Source: Orbicella franksi
Lineage: Eukaryota
NCBI GenBank assembly: GCA_964199315.1
Contig: OZ116706.1
Coordinates: forward strand, 12,834,001 to 12,898,000
Direction of reading: 5' to 3'
Length of the DNA: 64,000 bases
Every line of letters starts with the position of its first letter. Position 1 is the first letter of the stretch. Positions 1-11,729 of the stretch are shown here, one piece after another. The position numbers and the translations under genes were made by a program. Under the pieces are notes generated by a model. That model was not told where the DNA came from. It saw nothing but the letters and a program-made list of their open reading frames with translations, and ran no database searches.

Positions 1-1006
1 CGCTACAACAGCTGCAAGTGAACTGATGTCTTCCGCTAATTCCAAGAATTGCTTTTTACTGACTGAGCATGCTCGAGCTCGCCTCTTCAAATCGTGTCTG
101 AACCGATTCTGGTAATACAGCATCCAGTTTTGGAAAATAGCCCCCCAAAAATACGCGCGACTGGTGATAAAACGTGTTTCTATTTACGTGTAAAAGTTAG
201 ATTATGAGCTTGAGATTTGTATCGCTTGATAGTTGAAGAGAGCACAGTCCGCGAGTCAACTATCACGCATAGAAATCGAATAATCGAATTGTTTTAGTAT
301 AAATCTCGACTAGTCCTTCAAAACTTTGTCTAAATCCTCTTCACGGACACTTCGAAAACGCAAAGACGCGGCGTCATTTTGTTAATAACCGCACTCTGCT
401 AAAAGGCTACTCACTATCTACAACCAAAGATAGCGAGTAACGTATTGAATAGTAACTTATTGAATACTAGCTTACAGCTAAGCGTACTTTAATAAAGCGA
501 TTGATTGATTGATTGAATCAGAGAACGGCATTCGTAATAGAACGCTACTGGATTTATATTAGAAACTCGATAGAAACACAGAGAAGTTGCCTTAGTCACG
601 ATGTTCGTTATTTTCTGTGTTCTAAAAGACAAAGACAACATTTTGAATATATTTCAGTCGAGTTATAGAAACACTCGTGGAAGTTTGGAAGAACTTAAAA
701 AAGCTGTGGAAACACTCGCCAATCGGCTCGTGTTTCCACGGCATTTCTCTCGTGGTTCTCCCAAACTTCCGTGTTTCTATATAACTCGATAGAAACATGG
801 AAAATGTTTTCTATTTGCTAAATAAATGACCAAGCTGGTGATGGTTACCGCTTGGTATTGCAGACGGAAAGTTTTAAGGCTAAACTATAAGTTGACCAAA
901 CAGGGCAAGGAGTTTTGTGGAAAAACTGATACACCTAGAAAGGTAAGGAGCAGTCGGACTCTAGCGCTTTGTTCCCTGGGGATGATGGGCTAAGAAGCCG
1001 TCAGAA

Positions 1007-1080
1007 AACAACAACAACAACAACAACAACAACGGGAGGCGGGAGGGTGTGTGTGTGTGTGTGTGTCGGGGGGGGGGGGG
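1007..1080. repeat. Compound microsatellite (CAA)n + (GT)n + poly-G
   Basis: Read directly from the sequence. Confidence 0.9.
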
Positions 1081-1506
1081 AGGCGGGCGAAGGAATCACT
1101 GAAAATCTGGAGAACAGAAAAATATTTAAATTAATAATAAAAACTAAGCAACAAAATAAGAACCCGTAATACAGGGGTCTTATAACTTCGTAACGCAAAG
1201 GGCACGTTCCTTGTGGTAACGTCTTGGATCGGACAAAGATGACTTCATGAATGTTTTCCACTGTGTCACATATCCTAATGTATTCTCATACCGTTGCGTT
1301 TTTTTACATTTCATAACAATGCCAGAGGGCTTTAACCCTTTATGACCCACGGATTAACAACTCAGTTCATTGGCATCAAAATTGCCACTGCGTGCAGACG
1401 ATCCATTTTCCAAGTTGTGTGGCTCATAGCCACTTTGATTAATATCCAGAAAGGCACTGATTATTATGCAGGAAGACACTCATTAGTATTTAAGGGGACA
1501 AGGAAG

Positions 1507-1509
<3 letters not shown>

Positions 1510-1548
<39 letters not shown>

Positions 1549-1572
1549 GGATGATGATAATAACAATAATCA
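1510..1572. repeat. (AAT)n microsatellite
   Basis: Run of aat/gat triplets. Confidence 0.85.
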
Positions 1573-2466
1573 ACTTTATTTATTGAGAGTGGCAAACAAT
1601 AGCAATAACTGAAAAACCAGTGGCCCTCGTATAAATATTTACAGAATAAAAAAGATGAAGTGTTAAAAATAAAAAAATAAAAAATAAAAAACTGATTCTC
1701 AAATATGCAACGATTATCTAAAAAAAAAACTGAGATATAAGATACACTAGAATATTAGAAAGCGAAGCATCGGATCAAGTCTAACAATTAAAATAAGAAA
1801 AATTAAAAATTAACATGATAAAATGGTCCAATTCCTTACAACTGTCTATAAAATGTTGAAGCTGTTGAGGTAAACAAAAACGGGCGTATCTTTGCTGACC
1901 TATTACCACTAGTGCTTACACCGGGTCATTTTATAAGAACGTTAGGAGGTAGGAAGTAGCATTAAGAAATCATTTCTGGCATAGCCTGCAGAACAGGTGT
2001 AATTTTTCGCCTCTGTTCGCCTAAAATACGCAAAAAAATTACGCCTGTTTTGCAGGCTATTTCTGGCATTACCATAGCAACAGCAAAAAATATCAACAAC
2101 AGCGAATTGCAACGTTTTGAAAATACATAGTCATGCTACAAGTTAAAAATTACCCTGGTTGAAAAAAGTATCGATGAACATAATTCTTGTAAGGCTGCAA
2201 TGCGACATCAAACTAACACATCTCAGATCCAAATTAGATAACATGTTTACACACTTTGACTTTGGCAAAGTCACAGTTGACACTGTTATTACTACTGGGA
2301 TCCAAAATATCGGATCCAAGGTCCCCAGAGGTATCTTCAAAGAATAGAATAGAAACTTTCGGATGGAAAGTCCAGCACAGTGTCGAGAAATGTCTGCCAA
2401 GTTTAAACACTTGTGTCGTAGAAAAAGTAACTTTAACGTTTAAATTCTTGTTCACTGCTCAGCCTA

Positions 2467-2694
2467 TCATGCACAGGTTAATCTGATGAAGAATCCTCCT
2501 CCATCACGCTTGTTCATTGCTGTGACAACCTCTCTTCCTGGCCTAAGACGAACATCTGAAACGTTCATCACTTCCAACTTCCCAGTTTCTGGATTGAAGA
2601 CCAAGTCTTCTCTTCCATTACTTCCATTCTCTGAAATCTCCCCACTTTCCCCGACCTCGAACGCGATGGAGCTGAACCCATGTGTTTCACTCAA
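2467..2694 (-). CDS. Small protein A, candidate peptide modifier/substrate of the JAB-E2 module; 5' end unresolved
   Basis: Open frame encodes ...REDLVFNPETGKLEVMNVSDVRLRPGREVVTAMNKRDGGGFFIRLTCA*. The tracked start is TTG with an in-frame TGA just upstream. An ATG at about 2681 reads MGSAPS in the neighbouring frame and would join this frame if one G were added to either of two G4 runs. Shares a GKxEV...[VI]V[TS]...FF pattern with the ORFs at 18847 and 26400. Confidence 0.6.
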   Translation of the reverse strand: MSETHGFSSIAFEVGESGEISENGSNGREDLVFNPETGKLEVMNVSDVRLRPGREVVTAMNKRDGGGFFIRLTCA

Positions 2695-4112
2695 AAGCGG
2701 CGTCAGTCAACCAATCTACTATGAAATTGCTTTCTGTTGTGACTTAAGTGGCTAAAAAAGCGAGAGGGCATGGATCGAGAAACAAAAAAAAAAAAAAAGA
2801 GAAATTGTGTGGACAGGGTAGGTTGGGAAGAGAAATAAAACACAGATATCGCTCTATCGTCTTCTCAGGAAAAGGAGATTAATTTACGTCCCAGCGCAGC
2901 ATCATGCATTTCTATTCCAATGCAACATCATATAGTTTTTGATCTGATCGAAGCCAAATTAATTAACAACCAGGAAAATTGGAAACAGTCTAAAACCTCT
3001 ATAATTTCAGAGTTAAATGTACGTCTTTTCTTCTGACTTGTACTGCTGAAAAATTTCACCACTGTCCCAAACGGGGTCTCCTAGATCGAGCTGTCCTGGT
3101 AGAACTGGCTGATGTTGCTTCCATCACGAAGCCAGTGCTTCTGTCCATCTTGGCACGCGAGCCTCTCTCAGTGGTCAAAAACTCACTTGCATTCTCATTT
3201 TGATGTTATTTTAATTTTATTCCACTACTATGCAGGTCCATGAAAACTGACTATTCGTTACACATTACTGATTTTATTGAGAATGATATACACAAAGAGA
3301 TATAAAACTGACAAGCTTACTGCTTGAAAAATTACTACTTTACCATAGGTTTGAATTTTTTTTATTTTTATAACCGATCATCCCCACAAGCAACGATTCA
3401 AGTCTACTAAATAAGGTTGACCATTAGCCCCCCACCCCACACTCCGAAAAAAACTCTAGTCAGCACAGGTGTGGTATTTTGCAATACCACCCCCCGGGTG
3501 AAATAGGCCTGTCCAATATAATTGCAAAGATGGACAAGCTTCCAGGACTGTGGAGCCTCTTTAACACGGACACCAAGGAAGCAGACAAGTGTCTATATCA
3601 TGGACTGGGAATGGGAATTCTGGCTTCTCTGGGACCGAGTGAACCATCCGTATTATGAAGGTGTCCGCATCATGGAGGTGATTGTAAGGAAAGTTTCCAA
3701 TTTATGTATTTCAGTGATTTTCCTCGTGCTAATGAAAAAAACTTCAACTGAAAAACTGAGAGTTAAATTTGTTTTGTTCTGCTACAGTGCGGTGCAGAAG
3801 TATTGCAATCGATTTCAACAAAGTTCACGAATCAGTCGGGGCTTTTCGGCGAAATAGGATGACATTTCGTTTCGAAGAAAAACTCGGAAGCCCTTTGTTT
3901 CTGCTGATGCCATATTTTGCGAAATGCTGCTTGGCTTAGGGATACTTTTGCAACGAAAGTTCTCGATACTGTTCGAAATTCACTTCAAGTCGTCGAAAAT
4001 TCGTTGGACAGTTCGAACAACAATGCGTTGCTAACGAAACTTCGCTTGGTGTTATGTTCGTGTTATGAGTGACGGTAATATACATTTACTTCTCTACACC
4101 ATGACAACTACT

Positions 4113-4799
4113 TTACATCAATGAGCAACACTGAAAGCTTTTGTTAGGCTGGTAAAGCATCAAAGGCCGTTCAGTGTTTTTTGAAGATGATTTTTGACGT
4201 ATTTCTAAGATAGAAGCTATTTCTTCATCCTTGTTCATAACCTCTGCTCCTTCCTGTAAAATCGCCAGACATTTTAAACGAAAAGGGCTCTCCTTCGGCA
4301 AGAGGTTAAAATTTCCTTTCAGCACCTTACGCTTGGTTCCAGTCTGCTCAAACAGAAAGCATCCAACGCTTACGACATCCTCTCCATGGTCAGCCTTTGG
4401 TTCAATGTTTGCAATAAACAAGAGAAAGCGTCTCAAGTTATACTGAGGCATGTTTGTCCAAACTGTTCGTTCATCTCCGCCACTGGGTTGTTTGAGACCG
4501 ATTCTGTGATGAGAATGCCACTCGCCAATGTGACAAACACCTTCCTCGCTGGTCAGATTGGAGCCGACCTTCTCCAAGTACGCCACGTCTTGGTAGAACG
4601 AGTGAGTCGTTCGCTGACAGTTTCGTCCTGGACCCAATACAAGCTGTATCACTGCGCTGTGATCGTCGGACCACAGACCGAACAAATCTCCGCCGGTCTC
4701 CAAGGTTTGATTCTTTAAAACCCAAGCACATATTTGCTTGTACTCATCAGCATAGATGGCCACTGTAAATTCTTTCTCTGTGGGCATTAGGAGACACAT
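4113..4799 (-). CDS. JAB/JAMM (MPN+) metallopeptidase paralog 1, single exon, C-terminal CaaX (CSLM)
   Basis: ETGG catalytic Glu near the N-terminus and HIGEWHSHHRIGLKQPSGGD, i.e. H-x-H-x8-S-x2-D zinc motif. The likely start is the second Met (4787, MPTEKEF), which aligns with paralog 2. Confidence 0.85.
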   Translation of the reverse strand: MCLLMPTEKEFTVAIYADEYKQICAWVLKNQTLETGGDLFGLWSDDHSAVIQLVLGPGRNCQRTTHSFYQDVAYLEKVGSNLTSEEGVCHIGEWHSHHRIGLKQPSGGDERTVWTNMPQYNLRRFLLFIANIEPKADHGEDVVSVGCFLFEQTGTKRKVLKGNFNLLPKESPFRLKCLAILQEGAEVMNKDEEIASILEIRQKSSSKNTERPLMLYQPNKSFQCCSLM

Positions 4800-7700
4800 A
4801 GGAAAAAGTTAATTTGCTTGCAGCAATTGTTTACAGAAATGAGAGTGGCCCGTGTTAACCTGGCGTGACATGGAAATGAGTTTTGTTTCTGAGAAATCGC
4901 ATGATCATGAAACAACGTTGACAAACATTTGCAACTTTGTTTTAATAGTATATCAGTGGATGATCAGTTGCACAAATCGGCCTCAAGGTGAGTTTGATGC
5001 CACGGTAAGTGGGATGTAACAAACTGTGGAAAGGTTTCTTTTAGAATAATAGCAAAAGCTGAGGAACTTTCCTCGAATAAGTATTGTAAATATGACCCTT
5101 AAATATTGCATGCAGGCAGGGGTCATTTTCCGAGAATCTCAGGAAGTATTTCAAGACAACTGTTCTAGCTCTAGTCAGACATAGCAACCGTGACAACAGA
5201 GAATCAAAACAGTTCTAAAATTCCATCAAATTTAAGTTAACAAACTTTTTTATTAGACTATTTCTGAGTTACCTTCTTCTAAGAGTTACAGAGCTGCGAA
5301 TATATTTGTATTAAAATGTACTTAGGTTTATACGTTGTGATTTATATCCTATGGTGGGAAAATTATCAACACCTTGAATAAATATATAAATACATTAAAA
5401 CTTGTTTTCAGAGTTATAGAGACACTATCCTGCAAGGGTTAGGGAGATCTACTGCTCGAATGTTACATTAGCTTCGGGTGAATTTTCTGGTTTGCTATCT
5501 ATTTGGCATACTGATAATTTTGTAGCTCCTAGTACCCGATCCATTACTGACAGATATAAACCACAATTCGTTTTAATTACGTAATATCATTCTTAACAAT
5601 TTTTAAACAAAATTCTGATTTTGTGAAGTAAGTTAGAATACAACTACGATTCTGTAGTAACATTTAGAATCTGTTTTTTAATATATCTGAATACGTGAAA
5701 CATGTTGTCCATTGTGACTGATATTTCTCTGAATGATATTTAAGTCCCCGATACAGCTTTCAAGTACCATTTTAATTCAGTTGAAATCTTAACCCTTGAT
5801 CTATATGTGAACGAAAGAAGTTGGATCGTCCTATATTCTATTCTGACATAAACATTCCTTATTTGGTATAAGCCCCTTCTCCACTTTCAATGTCGCTATC
5901 TACGGTCTTTCGTGCAATCCCTCTTCGAGTACGACGCTAAGATGGGAGAGACAAGAAGAATAGAGTGTTATTAACTTTATCTGAGAACTTTTTTCCTCAG
6001 GTTGAAGACACTGAATTTGGATTTTAATCTCTAGCAATTTCTTTGTAATGTGTTGCAAAAATGTTGCTCAATGAATCCTGCCTCATGCAAGAACGTTTTC
6101 GGCCTAGCTGACAAGAGGTCATTTTCCTAGAAAACTTGGAAGTCCGTAGTTATAAGCTACATGTTTACCTATTAAACCTCTTACAACAGTTCGTTTTCGT
6201 TTGGATATGTTTCCCTCTGTTTAAACCTGATCCCTCAGAAATTCTCACTTGCATCGGATCTAATGGCCTTGTCAGCTCAATTCAACCAATAGGCACCTTA
6301 AGCAACAGACGTTTTCGTTGACGACGGCGACGTGACGACCGATAAGAAACTGGGGCTAGAACGGCTTCAGGTTGCGGTCGCGACAGCAAGTTACCATCCT
6401 TAAAGAAGGATTTCTCGGGCTAGCATCACATCTTTTTGTTTTGTCCACTCCGTCTACGAGTTGAAGATAAACTATAGTTGAAAAATAACTCGATGGAATT
6501 AAACCTTATACTATTCATGTTTTACTAAGAGATGTACAATCATTGCGAAAAATAACGAAACAATTTAAGTTTATAAACTTTGCCTGCTTTGAAATGTCAA
6601 ACGTAAAGAGCAAAAATTATTTTATTGTAAAACGTGTATTGCTAAAGCAATTAATTGCGATTTCTAACCAAAGTTTGGATCACCGCTCATTGAGAAAAAA
6701 AAATCAGGTGTATTTTTAGACTGCCAAGATTACACACACATAGATTTTGAACAAAATCTCAGCTCACTGCGTTTTTCATTCGACACACTGATCGGCCGCT
6801 CAAATACAGGAGTTTCGCCAGCTCTTTTGGTAAAGAATCGTAAACAGCATTCTGCAAAGGATGCAATAATCTTGTATTTACAAGAAATAAAATCCAGGCG
6901 AGACAATTTGGTAGCGCGAAGTTTGCCAGCTCTTGTAAACATTAAAAATGTACATGTACACACAGTTCGAATACAAAATTCACCGAGTCGATTAAAAAAG
7001 CCTCTACGTTAAACGAAATACCAAGACGAGGGGATTGCAAAAATTAAATCAATGTTATTTCAAGCTATAGCAATCTACCGATTACACGTTGAGAAAATCT
7101 GAAAAAACTAATTATACTGAGCGGCATTACGTTGGATGAAAGCAACCTCTTCGCTGAAGGCTAGTTTGACATGCCAAAAACAATTTTTCAGTTAAGAAAA
7201 AATGAGTCCAGGAATACTTCCAGAACATTGTTTTAAGCATAAAGGCAATCATTATGCAACTTTACCTTGGTTCGGCACCAAAATAGCACAAAAGTAAGCT
7301 AAAGGGGATCAAAACAAAAGATTAAGTACTCACGTTTTCGTCGCGACGTGAAACTCCACGTTCTCACGTTCTCGACCTCAGGGCAACGTCAGGTCACAAC
7401 GTATTGTACATGCGCAGTGACATCTCGAAAGAAATGTCACGTTTCCGGTTGCCGTCGTCCGGCCGGCGACGTCTGTTGCTTAAGGTGCCTAATAACGCGC
7501 TTAAAACTATGATAACGATTCCTGGTTCCTTTTGCAGCCCAAAGTCAACTGAACGAAATTTTTCTTTGTGGGTCGTTCCAATATTTTGGTAATGAAGCTT
7601 ATGCATGTATAATTTGGCACAACATAAGTGCAAAAAATTACATACCCCATTTCATTACATCTTTGTACCAAGCAATGCGAACAGCAAAGGCAAGGACTAA

Positions 7701-7922
7701 TATCAAAGACAAAACATTGTAAAACAGTGGATTGCTCGTTCTCTCGTTACCGTCGATCGGTTGGTATGACGGAACAGCTGTCGTTCGGTCACTCAATCAG
7801 AAAGTCGGTTACAGAACATTTTTTCTGTCATTCTATTGTTAGGTCAGTCGGTCGGTAGGTAAAAAGTCGCACTTCGTGCAAACTCTGGAGTGCTTTAAGA
7901 TTGATTAGTCCTATTAGGTCCT

Positions 7923-8738
7923 TTACAACAATGCACAAAAAGGGCAGCGCCTCCTTATTTCGTTTACAATTCGAAACAGCATACCCTCTTCATTTTCGTT
8001 CTTAGTCTCTGGTTCCTCTCCGCGTTTCAACCGCTTGTTCGTTTCAACTTCCACTCTGACATCTCCTCCTTTTTGCTTGCGGGACTTTCTTGGCTTCTCA
8101 CTGCCCATCACGGGACGCTTGTTCTTCATGTTTCTTCCAGTGTGTATTTCTTTCAGAGACTTCAGTTCTTCATTCTGGTTTAGACACTCTGCTTCTTTCT
8201 CTAAAACGCTCAGACATTTTGAACGAAAGGGGCTTTCATTTGGCAGCAGGTGGAAGTTTCCTTGCAGCACCTCCAACTTCTGGTTGGTTCCCTTCACAAA
8301 TTCGAACAGAAAGCATCCGACGCTAACAGCTTCGCATTCATAGCTTTGAGTCTCAATGTTGGCAATAAACAAGAGAAAGCGGCTCAAGCCATATGTAGGC
8401 ATGTTTGTCCATACTGTTCGTTCATCTCCGCCACTTGGTCGTTTAAGACCGATTCTGTGATGGGAATGCCACTCGCCAATGTGACAAACACCTTCCTTGT
8501 TGGTCAGATTGGAGCCGACCTTCTCCAAGTACGCTACGTCTTGGTAGAACGAGTGAGCCGCTCGCCGACAGTTTCTGCCTGGACCCAAGACAAGCTGGAT
8601 CACTGCGCTGTGATCGTCGGACCACAGACCGAACAAATCTCCTCCCGTCTCCAGGCTTTGATGCTTCAAAACCCAGGCACATATTTGCTTGTACTCGTTG
8701 GCATAAATAGCCACTGTAAATTCCCTTTTTGTCGTCAT
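7923..8738 (-). CDS. JAB/JAMM (MPN+) metallopeptidase paralog 2, single exon, Lys/Arg-rich tail ending in CaaX (CALL)
   Basis: ETGG and HIGEWHSHHRIGLKRPSGGD motifs; catalytic domain closely similar to 4113-4799 in both protein and DNA. Confidence 0.85.
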   Translation of the reverse strand: MTTKREFTVAIYANEYKQICAWVLKHQSLETGGDLFGLWSDDHSAVIQLVLGPGRNCRRAAHSFYQDVAYLEKVGSNLTNKEGVCHIGEWHSHHRIGLKRPSGGDERTVWTNMPTYGLSRFLLFIANIETQSYECEAVSVGCFLFEFVKGTNQKLEVLQGNFHLLPNESPFRSKCLSVLEKEAECLNQNEELKSLKEIHTGRNMKNKRPVMGSEKPRKSRKQKGGDVRVEVETNKRLKRGEEPETKNENEEGMLFRIVNEIRRRCPFCALL

Positions 8739-10286
8739 AGATCACAGCTAAGGCCAACGTTTTACTTTACACAAGTCTTTGCAAATTGTTACCCCGAAAT
8801 GATGCAGACTCTATGTGATTTTCACTTTCGCGGAAAAATGAAAACAAGGTAAAGCTTTTGACCAATAATTTAAAGGCTTTTTGTATTTAGCCTGGCGTGA
8901 CGCGAAGACAACTGATTTCTTGGAAATCGGGTAAGTTAATTCGTGTCAAAACACCACAGATGGTTGAACATTTGAATTTGAAAAGTATTTATCAATTATA
9001 CATATCTAAGTGAAAGAAGTGTAGAAACATTTTTTAAAAACGTCAAATATATACGTTCTTTCATTCGATTCATTCGATGAACTTTAAGGAATAGCAATAT
9101 TATGCGCAACTCATGATCAGACATCTGTATTTTTATAAACGCAACCGTATGATAATTATAGTATCTAAGATTAGGAATGAATGCTTCCTTTGTTGATGCA
9201 TAAATTCCTAGAAAGTCCACATTGTTTACTCTCAACCGTGACAAGCATGAGTTTTAGTCAGGTCAACAGCGTGGACATGATATATCTCATGATTCTGAGA
9301 AAAACAGGATGTTGTTTGCATGCCAATCAAGCCATGGCTGTCATAAAGCTGGAACCCCCCGTGCTCGTTTTCCTCCTGCTTGAAAATTTTTCTTTAGATT
9401 ATGAGCGGACCATGGGCAGCGGAGAATTGTGAAGATGAATCATTCTTATTGAATATAGTCCCATTTAAGTTGGTTGTGTCACAGCAGTCATAATTCTTGG
9501 CTTGCTCTGTCACGCAATAAAAGTACTTTAATTAACCACCGAATAGGCTAAAAATCACGAGATATAGATTTTTCGACATACGCGTTCGTCGCTTTATGCA
9601 CGTACCTCCACAACTCTGAAATTCAAAATGCGCTGGTTTCCAGACGAAGCAAGCTACTAAGCTGAAAAGTTGTAAGCAGATATGAATTTAGCACCCCTTA
9701 TGCCTGATGAGGATAAAAACTTTTTTAGTTTTGGATTTTAGAACATGATGACGTCACGTGCAAGCGACGAAGTTATTACATGTAGTCACAGTCCTCGCTC
9801 GCCTCGCCGTATTGTTCTTTTATCTTGAAGTAGGTCATAAACTTCAACAAATGATTGAATTGCAAATTCGATTATCTTTCCTTTTATTACCATCAGAAAT
9901 GATGATGTTCAGACCTCTTCGTAATGTCGCAAAATGCCGAGCTTCTTAAGCGAAAGAAACCCGCTAGCTAGAACAATCGACATCTGTTGTCCTCACTCAA
10001 AGAGAAATACCGAGGTTACACCTTAGCTTGGAAATTAAAATAGAGAAAAGAGAAAATCCATTCTTAAGTTTGAGGAGTACAATGTGTCGAGTGTGATAGC
10101 ATAAATTTGTGTTCTACATCGTTATTGTTATTTCGTGGAACAGTTGTGATTGCATGAAGTAAGGCAGTGATTGGCTCGCTTATAATTGGTTGTTTACATT
10201 CGCGCTTTGGCACACAGGAAGTACTTCCGCAATTCTTCTACCCACTGTTAAAGCGAAAGCACCGAGCGACGAAGCTTACCGTGAAG

Positions 10287-10736
10287 ATGGGTTGGAGTTT
10301 GCAGCAACAGGCAAGACTTGGATTGGAAAAAGATGTTTTGGATACAAAGTTAAAGAACGTGACGTGGATTAACCCCACATCAGCTGGAGATACCAGAGTC
10401 GAATGGCGAGTCAACACTAACAACGGCAACAGCTACACGCTCCGTGTGTACCTCGCCAGTGACTTTCCAAACAGCTGCCCGGTACTTGTTGTAAGCTCTC
10501 CTTCTTCTCCATTGAGGAAAAAGGATGGATCTCTTCTTAACAGTACTGACGGGAGAGATCACGTTTATTCAGCGCACGATGGTTTGACGAAAATTTGTCA
10601 CTTTATCACAGATAAGTGGACGAGCGAAAATACCATATACCAAGTCTTAATGAAAGGTCGGATCTGGTTAGAAGCTTATGAGATTCACCTGCGTACCGGA
10701 GAATATCTTGACAAGTATCTGGCACACATGCAGTGA
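10287..10736 (+). CDS. Divergent E2/UBC-fold protein, 149 aa, single exon
   Basis: First in-frame ATG at 10287. Has an N-terminal RL..E helix, YTLRVYLASDFPNSCP (matches the UBC F.l.i..p..YP..PP strand/turn), DH...GLTKIC104H and WTSENTIYQVL (matches the UBC WSPALTISKVL segment). His92 and Cys104 are kept but the PN of HPN is absent. Confidence 0.7.
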   Translation: MGWSLQQQARLGLEKDVLDTKLKNVTWINPTSAGDTRVEWRVNTNNGNSYTLRVYLASDFPNSCPVLVVSSPSSPLRKKDGSLLNSTDGRDHVYSAHDGLTKICHFITDKWTSENTIYQVLMKGRIWLEAYEIHLRTGEYLDKYLAHMQ

Positions 10737-11068
10737 CTTAAAATTAAAGGAGCATTTAGTAGTTTGTATGGCGAAATGCCTTGTTTGTCCGAAGTAGGTT
10801 TGTCACGCTCAAGCATACAATGATGATATTAAAAATAATCCTAATAATTAAGAAGACACTGTCTTCGAACTGAATAACAAGGTAGCGAGGTTGAAATATA
10901 TATGCTGCAGTAATATAATTATACAAGCAAAAATAATGGATGGATTTTAAGAGCGCTTACTATATTGAATATGTAGCGGTTCACTGGCAAGTGTGTTTAA
11001 AAGTACTGCACATAACGCCCGCTGATTAGTGAAACAAATGAAAACTGAGTTTATTTTCAAATTTTCAG

Positions 11069-11073
11069 TTATA

Positions 11074-11123
<50 letters not shown>
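11069..11123. repeat. (TA)n followed by poly-T
   Basis: Read directly from the sequence. Confidence 0.9.
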
Positions 11124-11124
<1 letters not shown>

Positions 11125-11729
11125 CACATGTGCAGTATTTAGCTCCAAAGTTGTGGGTCGTGCGTGCAGTGAACACTTGTATTATAATTAACCAGTGTAA
11201 TTCTGTGACGTTTCATTTCTCGGAAGCTTCACATAGTTGTTTTTCACTGCCCGTCGACAAAGGGGCATCATGAACACACATTTGTTTATACAGGCTCAGT
11301 TGAGACACCAAAACTAGAATTCCTATGGCGAGTGTTTGTAATTTGGCAGGAAAAAGGACAAGTAGTGTTAAATGATATGTTTCTTGTAGAGCAACCTTTT
11401 CCCAGAAGTCTTCGAGTTTTAAAATTCTCAATTCTCTGCGGCATATCATAGGGCTTAATAAAGCGAACTCAAGCCTGACTGATTGTTGACTTATTTAGTG
11501 GAACTCTCCGCTCTACTTAAGTTCTTGTATGTGCATATTTTAAAGGAAATACTTAACGAATTGATCATGCAACTAAATTGTCATTGTTTGTGTGAAAATA
11601 GACAAAGACTTGAGGGTTGTCCAATACACCCAACTAGAGTCGATTCGTGTTTTAAATTGACGATTCGACCAACCGGATGTCGATTCGAGGACCCTTTTGG
11701 ATGGAATCGACACAAGTCGTTTCTCTTTC

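Noticed and set aside
3522-3857. ORF between small protein A and JAB1
   Set aside because: Non-ATG start, no recognisable motif in any frame; it cannot be supported as coding.
4231-8852. ORFs antisense or alternative-frame to the JAB genes (e.g. 8250-8852 +, 4471-4731 -)
   Set aside because: Shadow ORFs of the real coding frames, with no recognisable motifs.
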